Shown here piece by piece: positions 14,310 through 21,001 of a DNA stretch of 49,528 bases. The notes under the pieces were generated by a model that saw nothing but the letters and a program-made list of their open reading frames with translations, ran no database searches and was not told where the DNA came from. This DNA comes from Alphaproteobacteria bacterium. Its GTDB lineage: Bacteria > Pseudomonadota > Alphaproteobacteria > Rs-D84. Every line of letters begins with the position of its first letter. Within the stretch, counting starts at the first letter, position 1. Location: positions 1 to 49,528 of the forward strand of contig JAFZXC010000035.1 of the NCBI GenBank assembly GCA_017616975.1. The letters are read 5' to 3'. The translations under genes and the position numbers were made by a program.

Positions 14310-15998
14310 TTATTGGTTGTGTGATACTTTGATAAAATCCCAGTTTTGATGAATAGGCATATATATTTCTTGAAAAGGTATTTTGTTTTTCCACAACACA
14401 TATCCAAATGTTAGTTGGTCACGATGAGATTTTTTTATAAACATATTCCACCACATTGAATCAACCATAATAACCTTTTTGTCATTGTGTCTGCGATAAA
14501 TAATGTTATTCTCGGTAAGTCCTAATTTGCGCGAATACCCGTTTAATCTTAATAAATCACAGATACCGAATATCGCAGCATGTGTGTCTTTGTTGGATTC
14601 GTAAACTGCCTTGGTTTCGTCATATATACAATCACGATCTGGGTGTCGTGGAATTAAGATTTTTTGATTTGACTTTTCGCAAATATGGAAAATGTGTTTG
14701 GACACAATACTGACATTTGCATCCACATAAATAGAATTATCATATTTTGGTAATGCAATATGCGGGTTTAATTTTGGAAAACGTGAATTTGTCGCATTGT
14801 CGCCATCACAAAAGGGTAATGGTTTTATTTGCCATACGGAATGTCCGTTTGCCAATAATTCTGCGTTGTCTGTAAAGCAAATATAATCATATTCTGGATT
14901 TAAATATCGATGTGTTATTATATTATCATAATTACCGGTCATAACCGTATAAACGACACCACGAATGTTGGATTTTGCGTGCTTTTGGTGCCATTTTTTT
15001 ATTTGTCTGGCTGTCGCTGAATACTGTTTACGATGCAGCCGAAACAAGTGTATTCCCCAAAGAGTTATCAATAACCCACGTCTGTCCCAATGGAATCGAA
15101 AATTAAAAGGAAATATATAAATGTGTTTATTATGGTGGTCGACAAGGTTTTTGTAATATACAGATATGCCAAAAAGTTTATATTTACCACGTGGTTGTTT
15201 GTCCCAGAAAATCTCTTGTGTTTTTTGTTTGATAATCGATAGTTTCGAAAATGGAATGGTAATGTTCTTAGTCCGTTTCACATGTTCTTTGATGTCCAGA
15301 CGGACGTCTTTACCAGTTGTTTCCAGCAATCGATTGACTTTCTTTGCCCATTTTTTATCTTTTGTAATAATGTTTTTCTTTAACAATGGTATAAACCGGT
15401 CTTTGCAATCAAAAGAACGGGCATTAGGCAACCGTGATGTGTATGCACCAAAAGAAAAACCGTTGTCCAACGCAAGTTTAGATAAACCTGCTTCATAATG
15501 TAAGACAAGCGCATTTTTCTCTTCGGGACGAATAGAATCAAGAAATCCGGCAAACCATTTTGTCATGAAAATTTCTGGAGATAGCCCTATGAAATAACTT
15601 TGTAAATGGTGTTCCCATTGTGTGTTTTCAATTGCACCAACTATTTTGCGACCACAATTTTCTAACCACAACATCATTTTTTCTGGCGACGATAACAAAT
15701 AACAAGAATCGTTTATTAAATATACCCAGTCATATTTATCAAGAATTTGATTCTTTGATGCCCATTGAAACGCACGTTTGTATGAACCAAAATCATATTC
15801 TCCATGACGAGAAGTGGAAACGTGTATAAGATTCTTTATGTTTTTTAATTTTGATTTGTCTGCGACATCACAATCCATTACCAACACAATGTCGCCCAGT
15901 TGCGACAACGTATCAAGATAATAGACCAAGGTGTTATCAATAATGCCGTCTGGGTCATATCCAGCAAATAAAAATAATCTTTTTGGCGTTTGTGTCAT
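14310..15998 (-). CDS. Two-domain glycosyltransferase (RgpF/rhamnan-synthesis-F-like N-terminal part, DUF616-like C-terminal part)
   Basis: N-terminal part: LFLFAGYDPDGIIDNTLVYYLDTL...RHGEYDFGSYK. C-terminal part: VYTVMTGNYDNI...YDYICFTDN...SIYVDANVSI. Start set at MTQTPKRLF (15998); the 112 upstream in-frame codons cover a structured non-coding leader. Confidence 0.65.
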   Translation of the reverse strand: MTQTPKRLFLFAGYDPDGIIDNTLVYYLDTLSQLGDIVLVMDCDVADKSKLKNIKNLIHVSTSRHGEYDFGSYKRAFQWASKNQILDKYDWVYLINDSCYLLSSPEKMMLWLENCGRKIVGAIENTQWEHHLQSYFIGLSPEIFMTKWFAGFLDSIRPEEKNALVLHYEAGLSKLALDNGFSFGAYTSRLPNARSFDCKDRFIPLLKKNIITKDKKWAKKVNRLLETTGKDVRLDIKEHVKRTKNITIPFSKLSIIKQKTQEIFWDKQPRGKYKLFGISVYYKNLVDHHNKHIYIFPFNFRFHWDRRGLLITLWGIHLFRLHRKQYSATARQIKKWHQKHAKSNIRGVVYTVMTGNYDNIITHRYLNPEYDYICFTDNAELLANGHSVWQIKPLPFCDGDNATNSRFPKLNPHIALPKYDNSIYVDANVSIVSKHIFHICEKSNQKILIPRHPDRDCIYDETKAVYESNKDTHAAIFGICDLLRLNGYSRKLGLTENNIIYRRHNDKKVIMVDSMWWNMFIKKSHRDQLTFGYVLWKNKIPFQEIYMPIHQNWDFIKVSHNQ

Positions 15999-16117
15999 GT
16001 GGTGCCTCTTGGTAGGTGGGTGTCCGTTCAGACAACAGAAAAACAGACCAGGGGTAGCGGCATGCCTTTGTTGTCGTGTACGGAAACACCCGTTTGGTAT
16101 CGAGAACATCAATGGAA

Positions 16118-16145
16118 ATAAAAAAACCACCATGTAATTGGTGGT
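16118..16145 (-). terminator. Intrinsic terminator inside the leader upstream of the glycosyltransferase
   Basis: On the minus strand, accacca-attaca-tggtggt followed by 7 T, about 120 nt before the ATG at 15998. Confidence 0.6.
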
Positions 16146-16416
16146 CGGGAAGTTAGAAACGTCATACAACACGAATGACCCCATTGGCTTTCGGGAGAAC
16201 CCTGTTATATCACCAACGGCTTCCCGACCATTATCGGGAAAAACGGTGCGAGACGCACTGTAATATATCTTACGATGCTTTCGCACCGGTGTTGTATAGG
16301 AGGAGTTTCTACGCTCCCGAATTCCAATTACCATTGAAATTCACTGGTATTTTATTACACTACATATTGATTATCAAGGGAAAAAGCGTGCTGTACCGGT
16401 AATTGATGGGCGGTAA

Positions 16417-17193
16417 TTAAAATGCATATGGTTTTGCCGGGAAGTTTACACGTGCATCGGTGACGTTTTTCGCAGCATCTGTGGCATAACGACCGTTGTC
16501 GACCAATTCCAATGCGCCATAATATGCAATCATCATGGGGTCATATGCATTGTTTGATGTCACCCATGTGTCCGTTCCAGAATTTGGTGTGCCGTATTTA
16601 TCCAGCACGCCCGACCAAAAAGATAATATCTTTTTTTGGCGTTGGTCTTCGAATTTTTCGGCATCGCCAACCAATTCGTTTACATCATTGTTATATTCAA
16701 TGCGCCATACAGTGTTATCGGTTGCGTTGCTTGTAAAATAAACATCAATCGTTTCACCCGTTAATTCCCGGACCAAGTGATATTCCGAGGCATACATTAA
16801 ACCACGATTTTTTGCCAATGTGCGAACACACTGTTCCAATTGTTCGGGAACAAAAATGTTTTGCTGTTGGCATTCATAGTCCAAGTTATAACGCCAGTCT
16901 GGTGTAATTGTATAAACAACGGCATCGTTTGCACGTGGTGAATACAGACCGCCATCTGCAAATAACGTGACCACAGATTCAAATGGCATCCCCAGCATAA
17001 TTCCGGCAATATCAAAATTTGATACTGCAACCGGCATTGCCCCAGGGTTTAATGTGTGTGATTCAGTAGTTATGTCGGCATTGACGCTGTCACTTATGGC
17101 GAAACTGTCAAAGTCAAAATCATCATCGTTTGCATGTCCCGCAAATACAGGGGTCACAGCAACTAATAGCAAAAGTACAATACGTTTAATCAT
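16417..17193 (-). CDS. Secreted hypothetical protein (signal peptide), last gene of the envelope operon
   Basis: MIKRIVLLLLVAVTPVFAG signal peptide. Its start overlaps the upstream stop (ATGATTAA). Confidence 0.6.
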   Translation of the reverse strand: MIKRIVLLLLVAVTPVFAGHANDDDFDFDSFAISDSVNADITTESHTLNPGAMPVAVSNFDIAGIMLGMPFESVVTLFADGGLYSPRANDAVVYTITPDWRYNLDYECQQQNIFVPEQLEQCVRTLAKNRGLMYASEYHLVRELTGETIDVYFTSNATDNTVWRIEYNNDVNELVGDAEKFEDQRQKKILSFWSGVLDKYGTPNSGTDTWVTSNNAYDPMMIAYYGALELVDNGRYATDAAKNVTDARVNFPAKPYAF

Positions 17194-17863
17194 TGGTCAC
17201 ATGCTCCAAATGAGTGATGCGGAACTTGAAAATAATCGCCGGTTCGTACCCATAATCAAACCTATTATAACCATGTTTAAGATAATTTCCAATATCAAAT
17301 TTCTTGCCACCTTGAGTTTCACGAACCCCGGGTTCATACATCACGTCCATAAGTAATGTTCCATGGGTGACAATCGGTTCGGCGTCCATATCATTTGATG
17401 CGTCCCATGTATACATGATGTATGGAACAACCCAATAATCACTGTCTGCGGGTTTATATATTTCACCATCAATATCGACCATGCGCATCATTTTTTGTTC
17501 GGATAATGCCTGGATTAATGGCGCTTCGGTATTAAGCCACATGTTAAACACGTCGGATGTCGACATTGCACCCAATGTCGCCGTGCGGCGCATGCGGTTG
17601 GCGATGTTTTCATTGTCTGGGATTGCATAAAAGTATTCGTTTACATATTTTTTTATCAGCATTTCCCGCATCGTTGTTTCACCAATCTTGGCCGGTGTTT
17701 CTGGAACCCCCGGACGCATTTCCGACAACGGATTTGTTTGAAAGAAATATGTGTCCACAGAACTTTTTTTCGTCGCATCATAAATTGCAGACGTCAAAAA
17801 CAGCATGCCCAAGGTAAGTGCAATTAAAACTGTGCCAGCAAAAAATACAATCAGTTTTTTCAT
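17186..17863 (-). CDS. Membrane-anchored periplasmic protein, paralog of 17863-18558 (possible VirB8/DotI-like NTF2 fold)
   Basis: N-terminal TM (LIVFFAGTVLIALTLGMLFL). MREMLIKKYVNEYFYAIPDNENIANRM parallels VIQESLVWKFVQQWFSISPNTDENKNMW in the neighbouring gene. TAATG stop/start overlap. Confidence 0.6.
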   Translation of the reverse strand: MKKLIVFFAGTVLIALTLGMLFLTSAIYDATKKSSVDTYFFQTNPLSEMRPGVPETPAKIGETTMREMLIKKYVNEYFYAIPDNENIANRMRRTATLGAMSTSDVFNMWLNTEAPLIQALSEQKMMRMVDIDGEIYKPADSDYWVVPYIMYTWDASNDMDAEPIVTHGTLLMDVMYEPGVRETQGGKKFDIGNYLKHGYNRFDYGYEPAIIFKFRITHLEHVTND

Positions 17864-18558
17864 TAATTCATCCGGTATGCATTAAAGTCTGCGATATAAT
17901 ACCCCAGTGTTTTTGCGTTTATGTGTGTCTTTGGATCGTTTGCAACCTTGGCATATGCTAAAACATCCAAGGTTTCATTTTTACCCCGTTTCACCATCAT
18001 TTGAATACGCCACGTGCCACCAAATTCAGTAATCGTTCCAACGGGTGTAATGCGAATAGAATTTATCACCGGAGTCCAGTATTCGTGTGCCGTTGCCAAC
18101 TTTTCATATGTTGGTAAAATATCGTTTTTGAATCGTAAAAATAACGAATCTCCCGTTGAACAAAACAAGCCGCACACATTGGATATATTGGTGTTTTCAC
18201 ACTTGCTGCGTTCGCAAGAAGTTTGCCACATGTTCTTGTTTTCGTCTGTATTTGGTGAAATCGAAAACCATTGTTGCACGAATTTCCATACCAACGATTC
18301 TTGGATAACCTGTTTTCCGGTCATTTCAATTGTGGGTTGTTCGCTGCCGGGTTTTATGATTGTCCATTGATCATTAATTCCGCCCGTCGCCAAGATATAT
18401 GGTTCAACATGTGTGGACCGCACAGCCCATACTACAAAAATACAAAGACAAATGATAAGTAAAAATCCAGTCATTATTCCAATGCCCATCACACGGGATA
18501 CAGCAATGCTTTTTCCCGCTGTAAAAGTCGGTACATTAAAATCGTCTGGATAATTCAA
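17863..18558 (-). CDS. Bitopic membrane protein (possible VirB8/DotI-like NTF2 fold)
   Basis: Short cytoplasmic N-terminus and a TM (IGIMTGFLLIICLCIFVVWAV). HVEPYILATGG follows the TM and LGYYIADFNAYRMN ends the protein; both resemble VirB8-family landmarks. Confidence 0.6.
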   Translation of the reverse strand: MNYPDDFNVPTFTAGKSIAVSRVMGIGIMTGFLLIICLCIFVVWAVRSTHVEPYILATGGINDQWTIIKPGSEQPTIEMTGKQVIQESLVWKFVQQWFSISPNTDENKNMWQTSCERSKCENTNISNVCGLFCSTGDSLFLRFKNDILPTYEKLATAHEYWTPVINSIRITPVGTITEFGGTWRIQMMVKRGKNETLDVLAYAKVANDPKTHINAKTLGYYIADFNAYRMN

Positions 18559-18592
18559 TGTCGTCCCCCCACAACATCACTGTCAGTACAGA

Positions 18593-18739
18593 TTACGCCT
18601 GGAACACCATGATGCATGCACATGGGCTTAATTTCAATTCGTTGTTGTCGTATCCAACACCGACCGGTTCACGATCATAAACCTGGCCACAGCCAGCCAA
18701 TGCAAGTGCGACAAAGAACCCAAGAATCAGTTTTTTCAT
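18593..18739 (-). CDS. Small lipoprotein (48 aa), first gene of the envelope operon; not in ORF track
   Basis: GGGGGAAAG RBS. MKKLILGFFVALALAGC lipobox, then GQVYDREPVGVGYDNNELKLSPCACIMVFQA*. Confidence 0.6.
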   Translation of the reverse strand: MKKLILGFFVALALAGCGQVYDREPVGVGYDNNELKLSPCACIMVFQA

Positions 18740-18870
18740 AACTTCTTTCCCCCTTGATAAATTGATTATAGAAAAATTCCAAGAGTCCCGTCAACAGTAT
18801 TTTATGGTTTTGCAATGTTTGTTTTTATTGGGTTTTTATGATAAAATTCTTGTGTCCAAGGGGCGTAAAA

Positions 18871-19641
18871 ATGAAACTGGATTGGCAACAGAAAAATTTT
18901 GAATCGGATATAGATTTCATATTGTTTCATCAGCAAGATGATACACCAAATTGGTGGCGAAAACGACTGTTTGATGTGTATATCGATTTGAATTATAAAT
19001 ACGCACGTTCTTTGCCGGAATCTAAGCGGTTCGAATATATTACCAAGAAAATGAAAACAATCGCCAACGAACAGCACGACATAATAAATAAATCAATAAA
19101 AATGTTCCAAAAGTCTTGGTCGGTTTTGGCGGGCAAATTAAATTCTGCCTATGCTGCGGCGTTTGATAATGATTGTTCGGGTATCTTGAACGATATGACG
19201 GCGAATGTAGGATTAAACCCGATTTGCCCACGTGATATAACAAATCACAGTTTTGATGTTTTCTATTTTTTTGACCCGAAATATGCAATGACGGTCGCAT
19301 TACATGAAATAACACACATGGCATGGTTTCATTTCTGGCAGAAACATTTTCGGGACAATCCGGCTGAATATGACTCGCCACATTTAAAGTGGGTATTATC
19401 AGAGATTGTTGTCGAAACAATTATCCGCAATTCCAAGATAAATGATTTGGTGCATGAACCACAATATATCGCATATTCGTATTTCTATGATATGCATATT
19501 GGTGGTGAATTGGTTTTCGATAAAATGAAACAGTTGTATTTGAAACGAAAAGATATCAATGACTTTATGGAAAAAGCATATGATTGGATAAAAAACAACG
19601 AAAAAGAATTGCGCAAGAAAATAGCCGATGCAGAACGATAA
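18871..19641 (+). CDS. Hypothetical protein with HExxH motif (possible zinc metallopeptidase)
   Basis: TVALHEITHMAWFHFW. Start set at MKLDWQQ, inside the tracked ORF. Confidence 0.5.
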   Translation: MKLDWQQKNFESDIDFILFHQQDDTPNWWRKRLFDVYIDLNYKYARSLPESKRFEYITKKMKTIANEQHDIINKSIKMFQKSWSVLAGKLNSAYAAAFDNDCSGILNDMTANVGLNPICPRDITNHSFDVFYFFDPKYAMTVALHEITHMAWFHFWQKHFRDNPAEYDSPHLKWVLSEIVVETIIRNSKINDLVHEPQYIAYSYFYDMHIGGELVFDKMKQLYLKRKDINDFMEKAYDWIKNNEKELRKKIADAER

Positions 19642-19699
19642 GAATACTTGCAAATACCAACAATGAGAGATATAATGCCACTATACGAGGCATTAAAAA

Positions 19700-19810
19700 A
19701 TGATAAAAAAAATTAGTTTAGCCGTTTGTGGTGTCGTACTATGGTTTTGTGCGTGGTTTGTTTTGCCATTTTTTATTATTGGGCTGTATGTGGGTTCAAC
19801 AATATATTAA
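19700..19810 (+). CDS. 36-aa hydrophobic membrane peptide (holin-like or toxin-like), not in ORF track
   Basis: MIKKISLAVCGVVLWFCAWFVLPFFIIGLYVGSTIY*. A terminator-like hairpin (aaccgtcc-gaaa-gggcggtt plus T-run) follows. Confidence 0.35.
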   Translation: MIKKISLAVCGVVLWFCAWFVLPFFIIGLYVGSTIY

Positions 19811-19880
19811 AAGTTTTGTGTCTGTGTCAAACACAAACCGTCCGAAAGGGCGGTTTTTTTATTATCAAGGGGGAAAGTGT

Positions 19881-20285
19881 ATGTATGATTTAATAAAACA
19901 GTACGAGGGTTGCCGGTTAACTGCGTATAAATGCCCGGCGGGCGTTTGGACAATTGGCTATGGCACAACGGTGTACCCAAATGGTGTATCGGTTAAGCAG
20001 GGCGATAAATGCACACAGGCCCAGGCCGATGCGTATTTGGAATGGTACGTTAAGAACAAAATTAAAGTGCCAGCAGGTTTAACCGCCAAGCAGGCCGAGG
20101 CGGTACAATCGTTAATATACAACATTGGCCAAGGTGCGTTTGACCGTTCGTCCCTTAAAAAAGCCATTGTGGCAAAAGATTGGAAAGCGGTTTATAAAAA
20201 CTGGGATTGGGTAACCGGTGGCGGTGCGTTCTTAAAAGGTTTAGCAAAACGGCGTGCGCATGAACTTATGCTGTTTTTTTCTTAA
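19881..20285 (+). CDS. Phage T4-type lysozyme (GH24) family protein
   Basis: MYDLIKQYEGCRLTAYKCPAGVWTIGYG matches the E11...D20...T26 region of T4 lysozyme ([21 protein letters not shown]). GGGGGAAAG RBS. No signal peptide. Confidence 0.8.
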   Translation: MYDLIKQYEGCRLTAYKCPAGVWTIGYGTTVYPNGVSVKQGDKCTQAQADAYLEWYVKNKIKVPAGLTAKQAEAVQSLIYNIGQGAFDRSSLKKAIVAKDWKAVYKNWDWVTGGGAFLKGLAKRRAHELMLFFS

Positions 20286-20354
20286 CTTGACCCAGGACCC
20301 TTTTGTGCAAAATTTGTGTAAAAAATAAACACCCGTTTGGGTGTTTCTTTTTTC

Positions 20355-20439
20355 TGGTGGCCCTGATCGGACTTGAACCGATACTCCTTGCAGAACTTGA
20401 TTTTGAGTCAAGCGCGTCTACCAATTCCGCCACAGGGCC
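20355..20439 (-). tRNA. tRNA-Leu (anticodon CAA), class II with long variable arm, CCA encoded
   Basis: Hand-folded: acceptor GGCCCTG/CAGGGCC, anticodon stem cttga/tcaag with loop ctCAAaa, T-loop ttcaagt. Confidence 0.9.
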
Positions 20440-20457
20440 AGAACGCCAAAGATGCGA

Positions 20458-20832
20458 TTATTTCGCCGCCTTTTTTGCTTCAACCTTTTTTACCAGACGG
20501 GCACTGCGATTTGCCTTGTGTGCCGGCTTTTTTGCAGGTTTTTCCGCAGCCGAGCCAGCCTTTTTAGCAATTGCTTTCTTAATTGCCGCCATTTCTGGTG
20601 TTAAACGTGATACTGGTTTTGCCATAACATAGGCGTCCAAACCGCCATGTTTAGTCAGCGTGCGCAAACCCGCCGTTGACAAGCGCAATGAAAAATCGCG
20701 GTTTAAAATATCACTGTGAAACTTTAATCTTTGCAAATTTGGCAAAAATGTGCGCTTTGTATGGCGCATAGAGTGGGAAACGTTCATCCCAACTTCTGTT
20801 TTTTTACCTGTAACATTACATACACGTGGCAT
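20458..20832 (-). CDS. rpmB: 50S ribosomal protein L28 with a Lys/Ala-rich C-terminal extension
   Basis: MPRVCNVTGKKTEVGMNVSHSMRHTKRTFLPNLQ is canonical L28. The tail is ...KKAIAKKAGSAAEKPAKKPAHKANRSARLVKKVEAKKAAK. Confidence 0.9.
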   Translation of the reverse strand: MPRVCNVTGKKTEVGMNVSHSMRHTKRTFLPNLQRLKFHSDILNRDFSLRLSTAGLRTLTKHGGLDAYVMAKPVSRLTPEMAAIKKAIAKKAGSAAEKPAKKPAHKANRSARLVKKVEAKKAAK

Positions 20833-20940
20833 ATCTTATATCCTTTATGACTGTGCCCCAATTTATAATAAAAATCGATGAAAGTCAAGAAATGTTTTTA
20901 TTTTTTCACATATTTGTCGCATCGGGATTGTTTCTTATAC

Positions 20941-20969
20941 CTTGAAAGCGTGAAAAATGAAACTATATA
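20941..20969 (+). promoter_or_regulatory. Candidate sigma-32 (RpoH) type heat-shock promoter for clpB
   Basis: CTTGAAA at 20941-20947, a 14-nt spacer, then aaCtATaTA, compared with consensus CTTGAA-N13-15-CCCCATNTA. Confidence 0.4.
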
Positions 20970-21001
20970 AACAAACGATAAAAACAAATGGGGGCATGAA
21001 T

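Noticed and set aside
16200-16300. Cobalamin-riboswitch-like string on the plus strand (gggaaaaacggtgcgagacgcactgtaa)
   Set aside because: The resemblance is only partial. There is no B12 box, and no plus-strand gene lies downstream to regulate.
15999-16334. 112-codon in-frame N-terminal extension of the glycosyltransferase ORF
   Set aside because: It runs through an intrinsic terminator and several stable hairpins. The RgpF-like homology starts at MTQTPKRLF (15998). The extension has an implausible composition.
16000-16416. RNase P RNA, tmRNA, SRP RNA or 6S RNA in the ORF-free gap
   Set aside because: I could not find the universal signatures on either strand: GAGGAAAGUCCGGGC for RNase P, a tRNA-like GGUUCGA T-arm with a tag reading frame ending in AA for tmRNA, or GGAAGCAGCC for SRP.
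20303-20632. 109-aa plus-strand ORF
   Set aside because: It overlaps tRNA-Leu and is antisense to the L28 tail. Its Ala/Phe-rich product is the mirror of the K/A-rich L28 extension.
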